Assembly: GCA_963767005.1 (NCBI GenBank)
Contig: CAVYCN010000018.1
Location: 1 to 64,000, forward strand
Direction of reading: 5' to 3'
DNA: 64,000 nucleotides
From: an uncultured Actinomycetes bacterium
Lineage (GTDB): Bacteria; Actinomycetota; Thermoleophilia; UBA2241
Position numbers and translations under genes: made by a program. The notes under the pieces were generated by a model that was not told the DNA's origin, searched no databases, and saw nothing but the letters and a program-made list of their open reading frames with translations. Numbering within the stretch: position 1 is the first letter of the stretch; each line of letters opens with the position of its first letter. Of this stretch, positions 50,733 to 60,756 are shown one piece after another.

Positions 50733-51026
50733 CTAGATCGAGGGGTCTTCGGGGTGCCCGTCGTCGGCCGTGTCCGGCTCGCCGGACACCCTCGGCTGGT
50801 CGGGCTCGGCGCCCAGGCCGGCGATCTCCTCGAACAGGGCGAGCCGCTCGGCGGCGTCGTCGGAGTCGAGCACGGCGATGGCAAAGCCGGCGTGCACGAG
50901 CACGTAGTCGCCGACGCGCGCGTCGGGCACGAGCATCAGGCTGGTCCGCTGGACCAGGCCGTCGGCCTCGATCGTGGCGTCGGGGCCGTCGGTGGCCGTG
51001 ATGCGCATCGGGATGGCAAGACACAT
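50733..51026 (-). CDS. hypC: Hydrogenase chaperone HypC
   Basis: MCLAIP and GDYVLVHAGFA. Confidence 0.95.
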   Translation of the reverse strand: MCLAIPMRITATDGPDATIEADGLVQRTSLMLVPDARVGDYVLVHAGFAIAVLDSDDAAERLALFEEIAGLGAEPDQPRVSGEPDTADDGHPEDPSI

Positions 51027-51044
51027 GGGGATCAGCGCTCCAGC

Positions 51045-53606
51045 TCAGTCGGGCGGGGTGTCGAGCAGCCCGCGTCTGCGCAGGTCAGTATAGCCCGCGA
51101 TCACGGCCTGCCCAAACGCCAGACCGCCGTCGTTGGCCGGCACTCGGGCGTGCGTGAGCACGGTGAAGCCGGCGGCGGCGAGGGCGTCCTCGCACAGGTC
51201 GGTCAGCAGGCGGTTCTGGAAGACCCCGCCCGAGAGCGCGACCGTGGTGAGGCCGGTCGCGGCCCGCGCCCGGCGGCAGAGGTCGAGCACGATGGCGGTC
51301 ACGGTGGCGTGCAGGCGCGAGCCGACGGCGGCGGGCGTCGCGTGGGCTGCGAGGTCGTCGAGGACGCCGTCGAACAGGGCGGCGAGCCGCACGACGTGCG
51401 GCTCGCCGCCCTCGCCGGCACCCGCCGCGACCGCGAAGCCGTACGGCGCCGCGCCCGCCGCCGACACCATCTCGAGCTCGATCGCCGCCTGGCCCTCATA
51501 GGTGACCGCGGCGCGCACGCCGGCGAGGGCCGCGACCGCGTCGAACAGGCGGCCGCAGCTCGAAGTGAGCGGCGCGTTCACGCCGGCGCCGACCTGGGCG
51601 GCCACGGCCGCAAGCTCGTCGTCGGCCACGGCGAAGCCGGAGCGGCGCGCGCGCTCGACGCCCTCGTCGCCGAGCAGCGCGAGCAGCCAGCCGGCCGCCG
51701 TGCGCACCGGCCGCCTGATGGCGAGGGCGCCGCCGGGGAGCGGCAGGTACTCGAGGTGGCCGAGACGGCGATAGCCGAGCAGGTCGCAGAGCAGCACCTC
51801 GCCGCCCCAGAGCGCGCCGTCGGCGCCGTAGCCGAGGCCGTCCATGCTCACGCCGATCGCCGGGCCCTCGACCCCGTGCTCGGCCAGGCAGGCCGCCACG
51901 TGGGCGTGGTGGTGCTGCACGCCCACCGCCACGGCGCCGGTCGCGGCGATCCGCGCGAGCGCGTACTTCGTGGCGAGGTACTCCGGGTGCAGGTCGTAGG
52001 CCACGACCTCGGGAGACAGACGGAAGAGGTGCTCGTACACGGCGACGCTCGCCTCGAAGTGCTCGAGCGTCTCGATGTTCTCGAGGTCGCCGATGTGCTG
52101 CGACAGGAAGGCGTTGCGCTCGCGCGTCAGGCAGAAGGTGTTCTTGAGCTCGGCGCCGCAGGCCAGTACCTGGGGCAGCTCGCGCGCCAGCTCGATCGGG
52201 AACGGCGCGTAGCCGCGCGAGCGCCGCACGAGACGCGGGCGCTCGCGCCGCACGACCGCCACCGAGTCGTCGTAGCGGGCCGCGATGTCACGGTCGTGCA
52301 CGAGGTGATAGTCGGGGATGCCGGCCAGACGCCCCAGCTCGGCGGCGTCGCGCACGATCGGCTCCTCGGCCAGGTTGCCGCTCGTCATGACCAGCGGCCG
52401 CCCGGCCGCCTCGAGCAGCAGGATGTGCAGCGGCGTATAGGGCAGCATCACGCCCAGGTGGCGCTGCCGCACGGCGACCTCGGGGCTGATCTCGGGCGCG
52501 CGGCCGCCGTCCGGCGGCCGCGCGCCGGCCACTGAGGGTCCTGATGGGAGTCGCGCCTCGGCGCCGGCCGCGACCTCCGCTCCCGGAGTAAGGTCGGGAC
52601 GCACCTCGCGCCAGTCGACCAGGACGATCGGATGCTCGACCGCCGTGAGCAGCTCGCGCTCGGCCGGCGTCGTGCGACAGTGGGCCGCGACCTGGTCGAG
52701 GTCGCGGAACATCACGGCGAGCGGCTTGTCGGGCCGGCGCTTGCGCTCCTTCAGACGGCGCACGGCGGCGCCGTCGGTCGCGTCGCAGGCCAGGTGAAAG
52801 CCGCCCAGACCCTTGACCGCCACGATGGCGCCGGCGCGCAGCAGCTCGGCGCTGCGGGCGATGGGCTCGTAGCCGCCGCCGGCCAGCACCACGCCAGCCG
52901 CGCCGGCTCCCGCCCGCATGTCGACCAGCGTCACCTGCGGCCCGCAGACCGGGCAGGCGTTGGGCTCGGCGTGGAAGCGCCGGTCGGTCGGGTCGGTGTA
53001 CTCGCGCCGGCAGGCCGGGCACATCGGAAAAGCGCGCATGGTGGTGCGCTCGCGGTCGTAGGGCAGGTCGTCGATGATGGTGAAGCGCGGCCCGCAGTTG
53101 GTGCAGTTGGTGAACGGGTAGCGGTACCGCCGATCGGCCGGGTCGAGCAGCTCGGCACGGCAGTCGTCGCAGGTCGCGATGTCGGGCGAGACGAGCTGGT
53201 AGGCCGCGGGGTCGGCGGCGCTCTCGAGGATGACGAACGCCGTCGCGCCCTCGGCCGCCACCTCGTCCTCGTCGAGGGCGGCGATGTAGGCGCGCGGCGG
53301 CGCCTCGCGCGGCAGCGCCGCACAGAAGGCCGCGACTGCGGCGGCGTCGCCCTCGACCTGGATCTCGACACCGGCCGACGTGTTGCGCACCCAGCCGTGC
53401 ACGCCGAGACGCACGGCGAGGTTGTAGACGAACGGTCGAAAGCCGACGCCCTGCACCACGCCGCGCACGCGCAGGAAGCGCGCGGCCGGGCCGCCGGCGG
53501 GACCGGTGTCGCCGGCGGGACCGGTGTCGCCGGCGCTCACGCCGGCGGCGCCGGGGTCGCCGTGCCGTTCAGCCTCCCCCCGCTCGCGGGGCGTCAGGCC
53601 GGGCAT
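51045..53606 (-). CDS. hypF: Carbamoyltransferase HypF
   Basis: GVVQGVGFRPF, zinc fingers CTNCGPR and CPVCGP, QHHHAH and NDGG. Confidence 0.95.
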   Translation of the reverse strand: MPGLTPRERGEAERHGDPGAAGVSAGDTGPAGDTGPAGGPAARFLRVRGVVQGVGFRPFVYNLAVRLGVHGWVRNTSAGVEIQVEGDAAAVAAFCAALPREAPPRAYIAALDEDEVAAEGATAFVILESAADPAAYQLVSPDIATCDDCRAELLDPADRRYRYPFTNCTNCGPRFTIIDDLPYDRERTTMRAFPMCPACRREYTDPTDRRFHAEPNACPVCGPQVTLVDMRAGAGAAGVVLAGGGYEPIARSAELLRAGAIVAVKGLGGFHLACDATDGAAVRRLKERKRRPDKPLAVMFRDLDQVAAHCRTTPAERELLTAVEHPIVLVDWREVRPDLTPGAEVAAGAEARLPSGPSVAGARPPDGGRAPEISPEVAVRQRHLGVMLPYTPLHILLLEAAGRPLVMTSGNLAEEPIVRDAAELGRLAGIPDYHLVHDRDIAARYDDSVAVVRRERPRLVRRSRGYAPFPIELARELPQVLACGAELKNTFCLTRERNAFLSQHIGDLENIETLEHFEASVAVYEHLFRLSPEVVAYDLHPEYLATKYALARIAATGAVAVGVQHHHAHVAACLAEHGVEGPAIGVSMDGLGYGADGALWGGEVLLCDLLGYRRLGHLEYLPLPGGALAIRRPVRTAAGWLLALLGDEGVERARRSGFAVADDELAAVAAQVGAGVNAPLTSSCGRLFDAVAALAGVRAAVTYEGQAAIELEMVSAAGAAPYGFAVAAGAGEGGEPHVVRLAALFDGVLDDLAAHATPAAVGSRLHATVTAIVLDLCRRARAATGLTTVALSGGVFQNRLLTDLCEDALAAAGFTVLTHARVPANDGGLAFGQAVIAGYTDLRRRGLLDTPPD

Positions 53607-54466
53607 CGGAACTCGTGGTCCTCCTCGAGGCGCACGACGTGGCAGCCGGGGCAGCGCATGGTATAGGTGTGTCCGATCGCCACGTCGTGCGTCGCGCAGA
53701 AGTCGATCTGCACGCCGAGCACCTCGAGCTCGTCCTCGTCGCAGACCCCGCAGGGCGTGAGCACGACGTCGCCGAGAGCGTAGCTCTGTCGCAGCCGGGC
53801 CATGGCCTCGCGCGCCCCGGGGTGAAAGGCAAGATCGGCCTCGAGCTCGGCGCCGGTCGAGGCCACCGATTCGGGCGTCGCCGCGGCGACCTGGCCCGCC
53901 AGATAGGCGAGGCGGTAGCCGCGCCGCCGCAGCAGCTCCTGAAAGCGGCAGCCCGCCGCGCAGCGCTCGCCGGCCAGGGCGGCGGCGTGCAGGCGCAGCA
54001 CGTCGGCACTCGCCGCGAAGGCGCGCAGGTCGACCTCGTCGACGGGTTCCGGGCTGCGCGTCTTGGGCGGCCGCCCGCGCCGCCGCGGCTCGTGCTCGCG
54101 CACGAGGCCGAGCAGACCGATGTCGGGCGCCGTGCGCAGGGCCTCGCCCACCCGGTCGAGCCAGTCCGGCGCGAAGGCGAGATCGTCCTGCACACGCACG
54201 ATGATCTCGCCGCTCGCCATGGGAAAGGCCGTATCGATGCCGCAGTGGGCCATCTCGGGCTCGCGCGCTTCGAGGGCGACCGCCGCGACTTCGCCGCGCA
54301 GGTACTGCCGCGAGAGGTAGTCGAGGACGTCGTCGCGGTGCTGCGCGGCGAGCACGACCACCTCGGCGTCGCCGGGGATCGAGTCGTGCAGGCGGTGGAG
54401 GGCGGCGCGCAGCGCCGCGACGCCGTGCGTCGAGACCAGGGCCACGCTGACGGGGGTCTCGGGCAT
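53594..54466 (-). CDS. Hypothetical protein: degenerate GT2/GT-A-like domain plus C-terminal Cys-rich metal-binding domain
   Basis: ASGEIIVRVQDDLAFAPDWL, RRRGRPPK and CGVC...CATH...CPGC...CPA; tightly coupled inside the hyp operon. Confidence 0.7.
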   Translation of the reverse strand: MPETPVSVALVSTHGVAALRAALHRLHDSIPGDAEVVVLAAQHRDDVLDYLSRQYLRGEVAAVALEAREPEMAHCGIDTAFPMASGEIIVRVQDDLAFAPDWLDRVGEALRTAPDIGLLGLVREHEPRRRGRPPKTRSPEPVDEVDLRAFAASADVLRLHAAALAGERCAAGCRFQELLRRRGYRLAYLAGQVAAATPESVASTGAELEADLAFHPGAREAMARLRQSYALGDVVLTPCGVCDEDELEVLGVQIDFCATHDVAIGHTYTMRCPGCHVVRLEEDHEFRCPA

Positions 54467-54468
54467 GG

Positions 54469-54954
54469 TCAGGCGACGGGCGAGAGGCTCGGCGGACAGG
54501 CGCCGCTGGCGAGCTCCTCGCCGATCAGGGCGACCACGCGCTCGGCGGCCGCGGCCACTGGCGCCGAGAGCTCCTCGCCGAAGGTCTCGACGTCGACCGC
54601 CTCGACCGTGTAGACGACGACCTCGCCCGGCATGTCGTAGCCGAGCTGCTCGCCGAGCTCGAGCGCGGTGCCGAGGTGGATGCTGTGCGCCGAGCCGTAG
54701 CGATGGCCGCCGCGAAACGCGGCGGCGTCGACCCTGCCGATGGTGCCCGGCGCGGCGCCGCTGCGCAGGGCGTCGATAATGATCACCTTCGTGAAGCCGC
54801 GCACGAGCTCGAGCAGGCGAAGACCGCCGACCTCGCTCTCGGCGACCTCCACGTCGCTCGGCATGGGGAGCTCCCGAAGACGATGGGCCACGACTAAGCC
54901 GAGCCCGTCGTCGGAGAGGATCGGGTTCCCCATGCCGAGGACGAGGGTGGTCAT
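54469..54954 (-). CDS. [NiFe]-hydrogenase maturation protease
   Basis: LGMGNPILSDDGLG, IIDA and SAHS. Confidence 0.9.
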   Translation of the reverse strand: MTTLVLGMGNPILSDDGLGLVVAHRLRELPMPSDVEVAESEVGGLRLLELVRGFTKVIIIDALRSGAAPGTIGRVDAAAFRGGHRYGSAHSIHLGTALELGEQLGYDMPGEVVVYTVEAVDVETFGEELSAPVAAAAERVVALIGEELASGACPPSLSPVA

Positions 54955-54957
54955 CTG

Positions 54958-56427
54958 CTACATGTTCCTCTTGGCCGTCGCGACGACCTCGCGGGTCGTC
55001 TCGCTGCGCACCGTGATCTCGAGCGGCATCTCGCCGGGCAGTGTGTGCGTGGCGCAGCCGAAGCAGGGATCGTAGGCGCGGAAGGCCATCTCGATCATGT
55101 TGAGCGTGCCTTCCTTGATCTCCTTGCCGCCGGTGAGGAGCCCCTCGGCCGCCTTCTTGAGCGACATCGAGATGGCGGCGTTGTTGTTGGTCGTGCCGAC
55201 GATCAGGTTGACGGCCGTGACCATGCCCTTCTCGTCGGTCTTGTAGTGATGGAAGAGCGTGCCGCGCGGCGCTTCGACCACGCCGACGCCCTCGCCGACG
55301 ATGCCCGTCGGGATGTTGCGCACGTCGGGACTGATGATGTCGGGGTCCTGCGCCAGCTCGTGGGCCCGCTCGGCCGCGTAGAGCAGCTCGACGAGGCGTG
55401 CCCAGTGGGTGGCGAGGGTGGCGTGCACCGGCTTGCCGCCGAGGGTCTCGTAGAAGCGCTCGTACTCGGCCTGGGCGAGCGGCGTCGCCATGCCGTCGGA
55501 GGCGTTCAGGCGGCTCAGCGGCGAGGCCCGGTACACACCCGAGTCCTTGCCGTCGACGAAGCCCTTCCAGCCGACCGACTTGAGGTACGGGTAGACCAGG
55601 TAGCTGTAGGGCTCGACGTGCTCGGCGAGGTGGGCGAGGTAGTCCTTGCCCTCGAACTTCTCGAGCTCGGTGCCGTCGGGGCCCACCACGCGGATCTGGC
55701 CGTCGTAGAAGTTGACCTTGTTGTTCTCGTCGACCATGCCCATGTAGTAGGTCTCGTGAGTGAAGGCGTCGCTTTTGATCAGGTCGACGTAGTCGCTGTT
55801 GCCGAGCACGACGTCGTTGAACAGGCCGATCGAGAACTTGGCGAACTCGACCTGCTCGGCCGTGACCTGCACCATGCGGTCACGCTGCTCGGCGGTGATC
55901 GCGTGGCTCACGCCGCCCGGCAGGCCCATCACCGGGTGGATCTGCTTGCCGCCGATCATGCTGATGAGCTCGGCCGCTTCGGCGCGCAGCTTGATCACGG
56001 CGCCGCCGGTCTCGAGGCCGACCTTGTTGATGACGCCCAGGATGTTGCGCTTGGCCGGGTCGGACTCGGGCCCCATGATGAAGTCGGGACCGGCCAGGAT
56101 GTAGAAGTGCGTGGTGTGGTCGGTCACGTAGAAGATGTTGTAGAGCAGCTCGCGTAGCTTGCGGCCGGCGGGCGCGACCTCGACGCCGAAGACGTTGTCG
56201 ATGGCCTTGGTGGCGGCCATGTGGTGCGCCTCGGGGCAGACGCCGCAGATGCGCGGCGTGATGCGCGCGAGCTCCTCGACGGGACGGCCCAGGCAGAAGC
56301 GCTCGAAGCCGCGCAGCTCGGGAATCTGAAAGTAGACGTTCTGGACCTTGTTGTCGTCGTCGACGAAGATCTCGATCTTGCCGTGACCCTCGAGCCGGGT
56401 GATGGGATCGACGCTTATCTTCTTCAT
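54958..56427 (-). CDS. mvhA: Group 3c [NiFe]-hydrogenase large subunit MvhA
   Basis: PITRLEGHGK, L1 RICGVCP and L2 RAYDPCFGCATH with a cleavable tail. Confidence 0.93.
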   Translation of the reverse strand: MKKISVDPITRLEGHGKIEIFVDDDNKVQNVYFQIPELRGFERFCLGRPVEELARITPRICGVCPEAHHMAATKAIDNVFGVEVAPAGRKLRELLYNIFYVTDHTTHFYILAGPDFIMGPESDPAKRNILGVINKVGLETGGAVIKLRAEAAELISMIGGKQIHPVMGLPGGVSHAITAEQRDRMVQVTAEQVEFAKFSIGLFNDVVLGNSDYVDLIKSDAFTHETYYMGMVDENNKVNFYDGQIRVVGPDGTELEKFEGKDYLAHLAEHVEPYSYLVYPYLKSVGWKGFVDGKDSGVYRASPLSRLNASDGMATPLAQAEYERFYETLGGKPVHATLATHWARLVELLYAAERAHELAQDPDIISPDVRNIPTGIVGEGVGVVEAPRGTLFHHYKTDEKGMVTAVNLIVGTTNNNAAISMSLKKAAEGLLTGGKEIKEGTLNMIEMAFRAYDPCFGCATHTLPGEMPLEITVRSETTREVVATAKRNM

Positions 56428-57398
56428 CAGACTCTCGCCCTCCTGAGCAGCGAACTGGCGAGACCGAAACGGTAGAACGTGCCTACCGGATCGGGCACGG
56501 TGGCCGCGATGCGGGCGATCTCGTCGGGGTCGGGATCGTCGATGATCGACGCGAGCGTGCTCAGCATCTTGGCGCCCTGGTCGGTGACGCCCTCGGGCGG
56601 CCCGTAGCAGCCGCGACAGGGCATGCCGACGCTCGTGCAGCGCGACCCGCAGCCAGCCGCGGTGGCCGGGCCCATGCAGATGAGGCCCTGCTCGAGCAGG
56701 CACTTCTCGGTGTCGGGCAGGAACTCCCAGATGCGCTTGAAGCCGTGGATCTTCTTCTCTTCTTTCACGCGCTCGCACTCGTCGCAGCACGACTTGGGCG
56801 CCACGCCGATGGTCGCGCCCTTGGGCGGCAGCTCCGCCTTGCCCTGGAGCGCCGCCGTGACGACGTCGAGGACGCCGGCGATCTGGTGCGCCTCGGGCGG
56901 GCAGCCCGGCATGAAATAGTCGACCGGGACGGTCTGGTCGAGCGTCTTCACCGTGTCGTACATGTGGGGCAGGTCGAGCTCGCCCTCGGGCACCGTGTAG
57001 TGCTCCTGCGGGTAGACGCCCTCGGGGTTGTCGACCGACGGGTTCTGCGTGTAGACGAGGTCCTTGATCTCCTGTGCGCTCGCCACGTTGGCGAGGCCGG
57101 GGATGCCGCCCATCGTGGCGCAGGCGCCGAAGGCGACGAGCACCTTGCTCTTGGCGCGCAGCACCTTGGCGATGTGCTCGTTCTCGGAGTTGCGCACGCA
57201 GCCGTTGAAGAGGCAGACATCGATGTAGCCGTCGTCGTAGGCTTCGAGGTCCTTGTACTTGAAGTCGGCCGCGGCCGGCCAGAAGACCACGTCGTAGTTC
57301 TGGTCGACCTCGATGATCTTGTCCTTGATCTCGAGCAGGGCGATCTCGCAGCCGCCGCAGCTGCCCGCCCAGTACATGGCGAACTTGAACTTGCTCAT
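56427..57398 (-). CDS. mvhG: [NiFe]-hydrogenase small subunit MvhG
   Basis: SCGGCE, GACA, PGCPP and CLLEQGLICMGPAT...CRGCYG. Confidence 0.92.
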   Translation of the reverse strand: MSKFKFAMYWAGSCGGCEIALLEIKDKIIEVDQNYDVVFWPAAADFKYKDLEAYDDGYIDVCLFNGCVRNSENEHIAKVLRAKSKVLVAFGACATMGGIPGLANVASAQEIKDLVYTQNPSVDNPEGVYPQEHYTVPEGELDLPHMYDTVKTLDQTVPVDYFMPGCPPEAHQIAGVLDVVTAALQGKAELPPKGATIGVAPKSCCDECERVKEEKKIHGFKRIWEFLPDTEKCLLEQGLICMGPATAAGCGSRCTSVGMPCRGCYGPPEGVTDQGAKMLSTLASIIDDPDPDEIARIAATVPDPVGTFYRFGLASSLLRRARV

Positions 57399-57859
57399 GC
57401 CGGCACCGCCTCCGGGGCCACCTCGGCCGCCTCGTCTTTGAACTGACTGCCCCAGCCGAGCGGTCCGAGCGCGCGGATCTCCTCGACGAACTCGGTCACG
57501 ACGCGGGCGAACTTGTCGCCCTCGGCGGCCGAGACCCACTCGAGCCGCACGCGACCGTGCTCGAGGCCGAGCTGCTCGAGCAGCTTCTCGGTGAGCGGGA
57601 AGCGGCCCGCCGTGCGGTAGTTGCCGTTGATGTAGTGACAGTCGCCGGGATGGCAGCCGGCGATCATCACGCCGTCGGCGCCTTCGGCGAAGGCCTTCAT
57701 GATGTGGGTGGGGTCGACCCGGCCCGAGCAGTTGGTCTTGATCGGCACCATGTTGGGCGGGTACTTCATGCGGGCCGTGCCGGCGAGGTCGGCGCCGTTG
57801 TAGCTGCACCAACGGCACAGGAACCCGATGATGCGCGGTTCGAATCCGTTGTCACTCAC
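57395..57859 (-). CDS. mvhD: MvhD [2Fe-2S] subunit
   Basis: FLCRWCSYNGAD, CSGRVDP, GCHPGDCHY and WVSAAEG. Confidence 0.94.
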   Translation of the reverse strand: MSDNGFEPRIIGFLCRWCSYNGADLAGTARMKYPPNMVPIKTNCSGRVDPTHIMKAFAEGADGVMIAGCHPGDCHYINGNYRTAGRFPLTEKLLEQLGLEHGRVRLEWVSAAEGDKFARVVTEFVEEIRALGPLGWGSQFKDEAAEVAPEAVPA

Positions 57860-57886
57860 TGTCGTCTCCTTATGGTCGCGACCCGC

Positions 57887-59869
57887 CTAGACGGCGAGCG
57901 CCCCTTCGATCTCGGCGAAGATCTGCTGGTCGAGGTAGCCGGCCTGCTGCGGCACGTTGGAGCCGCAGGCCGCGACGCAGACGCCGCAGCCCTTGCAGGC
58001 CGCCGTGATCACCTCGGCCGCATCCTTCTCTTCGTTGTACTGGATCGCGTTGTGCGGGCAGAGGCCCACGCAGATGTGGCAACCCGAGCACTTCTCGGGA
58101 TCGATGTAGGAGATCGTGGGTTCGACCTTGACGGTGTCGTTGTCGACCAGGGCCAGCACGCCGGCCGCCGCGGCGCCCGCCTGGGCGACCGTGTCGGGGA
58201 TGTCCTTGGGGTACTGGCAGCAGCCGGCGATGAAGATACCGTCGGTGACGGTGGCGACCGGCTCGAGCTTGGGGTGCCGCTCGAGGTAGAAGCCGTTGGA
58301 GCTGCAGCCGAAGCCGAAGACCTGCGAGACCTCTTTCGCGTCGTGCGCCGGCGAGAGACCGGAGGCGAGGATCACCATATCGGCCGGGATGCGCCGCACG
58401 ATGCCGAGCAGCGTGTCCTCGGTCTTGACGACCAGACGGCCCTCTTCTTCGGGCGAGAGGGCGACGTCGGTGACCTCGGCGGCGCGGCCGCGCACAAAGT
58501 TGACGCCCTCGTCCATGAGCCGCCGGTAGAACTCTTCGTAGTTCTTGCCGTAGCAGCGCATGTCGATGTAGAGCTCGTAGACGTCGGTCTCGGGCAGGTG
58601 CTCCTTGATCAGGTGCGAGAACTTCAGCGAGTACATGCAGCACACGCGCGAGCAGAACTCCTGGTAGTTCTGGTCGCGGCTGCCGACGCAGTGCAGGATG
58701 GCGACCGACTTGGGCGCCTCGCCGTTCTTGCAGACGATGTGGCCGCCGGTCGGGCCGCTGGCGTTGGAGATGCGCTCGAACTCGAGACTCGTGATGACGT
58801 TGTCGAGGCGGCCGTAGCCGTAGCGCGATTCCTGCGACGGATCCCAGAGCTCGAAGCCGGTAGCCATGATGATGGCGCCCACGTCGAGCTCGACGACCTC
58901 GTCCTTCTGCTCGAAGTCGATCGCCCCCGGACCGCAGGCCGGCACGCAGGACTGCTGCTTGCACTTGCCCTTGGACAGGGTGAGGCACTTCGTCGCGTCG
59001 ATCGTGGCGCGCAGCGGCACCGCCTGCGGGAACGGGATGTAGATCGCGCTGCGAAAGCCGAGACCCTGGTCGAACTCGCTCTTGACCTTGCGCACGACGC
59101 AGGCTTCCTGGCAGGCGCCGCAGCCGGTGCAGGTGTCGGTGTTCACGTAGCGCGCCTTCTTGCGCACCTTCACGGTGAAGTTGCCGACGTAGCCTTCGAC
59201 CTCTTCGACCTCGGAGTAGGCCATCAGCGTGATGTTGGGGTCTTTGCCGAGCGCCGACATCTTCGGCGTGAGGATGCAGGCGGCGCAGTCGAGGGTCGGG
59301 AAGGTCTTGTCGAACATCGCCATGTGGCCGCCGATCGAGGGGTTGCGCTCGACCAGGGTCACGTGCTTGCCGGTGGCCGACAGCTTGAGGGCGGCCTCGA
59401 TGCCGGCGATGCCGCCGCCCACCACGAGCACGTCGTGGTTGACCGGCACCTCGATGGGCTCGAGTGGCTGGTTGAAGGGCAGCCGGTGGATCTGGGCGCC
59501 CAGGATGCGCTTCGCCTTGGCGGTGGCCGCCGTCGGGTCGATCGTCACCCACGAGCAGTGCTCGCGGATGTTGGCCATCTGCAGCAGGTACGGGTTGAGG
59601 CCGCCGTCGGAGGCCGCCTTGCGGAAGGTGGGCTCGTGCATGGTCGGCGAGCAGGCCGCCACGACCGCGCGCGTGATGCCGAGCTCCTTGATGTCGTTCT
59701 TGATGAGGTCCTGGCCGGGGTCGGAGCACATGTACTTGTACTCGCGCGCGACGGCGACGTTGGGCTGAGTCGCCGCCCACTTGACGACGTCGTCGACGTC
59801 GACCTTGCCGGCGATGTTGGTGCCGCAGTGACAGACGTAGACGCCGATCTTCTCTTCAGCCATCGTCAT
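57887..59869 (-). CDS. hdrA: Heterodisulfide reductase subunit A
   Basis: VYVCHCGTNI, ANIREHCSWV, GGGIAG, DKTFPTLDCAACIL and CSRVCCMY. Confidence 0.95.
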   Translation of the reverse strand: MTMAEEKIGVYVCHCGTNIAGKVDVDDVVKWAATQPNVAVAREYKYMCSDPGQDLIKNDIKELGITRAVVAACSPTMHEPTFRKAASDGGLNPYLLQMANIREHCSWVTIDPTAATAKAKRILGAQIHRLPFNQPLEPIEVPVNHDVLVVGGGIAGIEAALKLSATGKHVTLVERNPSIGGHMAMFDKTFPTLDCAACILTPKMSALGKDPNITLMAYSEVEEVEGYVGNFTVKVRKKARYVNTDTCTGCGACQEACVVRKVKSEFDQGLGFRSAIYIPFPQAVPLRATIDATKCLTLSKGKCKQQSCVPACGPGAIDFEQKDEVVELDVGAIIMATGFELWDPSQESRYGYGRLDNVITSLEFERISNASGPTGGHIVCKNGEAPKSVAILHCVGSRDQNYQEFCSRVCCMYSLKFSHLIKEHLPETDVYELYIDMRCYGKNYEEFYRRLMDEGVNFVRGRAAEVTDVALSPEEEGRLVVKTEDTLLGIVRRIPADMVILASGLSPAHDAKEVSQVFGFGCSSNGFYLERHPKLEPVATVTDGIFIAGCCQYPKDIPDTVAQAGAAAAGVLALVDNDTVKVEPTISYIDPEKCSGCHICVGLCPHNAIQYNEEKDAAEVITAACKGCGVCVAACGSNVPQQAGYLDQQIFAEIEGALAV

Positions 59870-59883
59870 CTCCTCCTCGCCGG

Positions 59884-60756
59884 TCACGCCGGGATCGCGG
59901 CGAGCACGCCGTCGCACGAGACGACCTGCTTGTCGATGGCGAGCTTCGTGGGTTCGACGCCGAACGCGAGGCCGGCGAGCTGCGTGAAGTACATCACCGG
60001 GATGTTGAAGCTGGTGTTGTAGGTGGCGTTCACGCGCGGCTGGTAGGCCTCGAGGTTCATCTCGCAGAGCGGGCAGGCGGCGACGATCACGTCGGCGCCC
60101 TTGTCGGCGGCCGACTTGAGCAGCTCGAAGCACATGTGCAGGGCGGCGTCCTCTTTGGTCATCATCATCATGCCGCCGCAGCACTTGACCTTGCTCGGGT
60201 AGTCGACGACGTCGGCGCCGAGGGCCTTGAAGAGAGCGTCCATCGTGGTCGGGAACTCGGGGTCGTCGAAGGCGCCCATGGGGCGCGAGTACTGACAGCC
60301 ATAGTAGGGGGCGACCTTGATGCCGGTGAGACGGCGCGTGACCTTGTTCTCGATGGCCTCGAGCCCGACGTCGTTGATCAGCACGTCCATGATGTGGCGC
60401 ACGTTCTTGGTGCCGTCGTAGCTGCGGCCCACGGCGCCGAGGGCGCCGTTGACGGCCTTGAAGACCTCGTCGCTCTCGTTCATGTAGCGGTTGGTCTTGG
60501 AGAGACTCGTGTAGCAGGCGTTGCAGATCGCGACGAGGTCTTCGTCGCCCTGCTGCTGGGCGATCGCCAGGTTGCGCGCGGCGATGGCGAACGAGTCGAG
60601 CTCGCGCACCGAGAAGTAGCTCGTGGCGCCGCAGCAGTTCCAGTCGTCGAGCTCGCGGAGCTCGATGCCGAGCTTGGCCATGAGCGCGCGGGTGGAGATG
60701 TCGTAGGCCTTGCCGGTGGCTTCGGCCGAGCAGCCCGGGTAGTAGAGGTATCTCAT
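59884..60756 (-). CDS. hdrB: Heterodisulfide reductase subunit B (CCG domains)
   Basis: YYPGC, NCCG, CNACY, YYGC, KCCGG and ACPLC. Confidence 0.94.
   Translation of the reverse strand: MRYLYYPGCSAEATGKAYDISTRALMAKLGIELRELDDWNCCGATSYFSVRELDSFAIAARNLAIAQQQGDEDLVAICNACYTSLSKTNRYMNESDEVFKAVNGALGAVGRSYDGTKNVRHIMDVLINDVGLEAIENKVTRRLTGIKVAPYYGCQYSRPMGAFDDPEFPTTMDALFKALGADVVDYPSKVKCCGGMMMMTKEDAALHMCFELLKSAADKGADVIVAACPLCEMNLEAYQPRVNATYNTSFNIPVMYFTQLAGLAFGVEPTKLAIDKQVVSCDGVLAAIPA

Noticed and set aside
53493-53535. 18-bp tandem repeat GCCGGCGGGACCGGTGTC
   Set aside because: It is an in-frame low-complexity duplication (GDTGPA x2) in the HypF N-terminal extension, not a CRISPR or mobile repeat.
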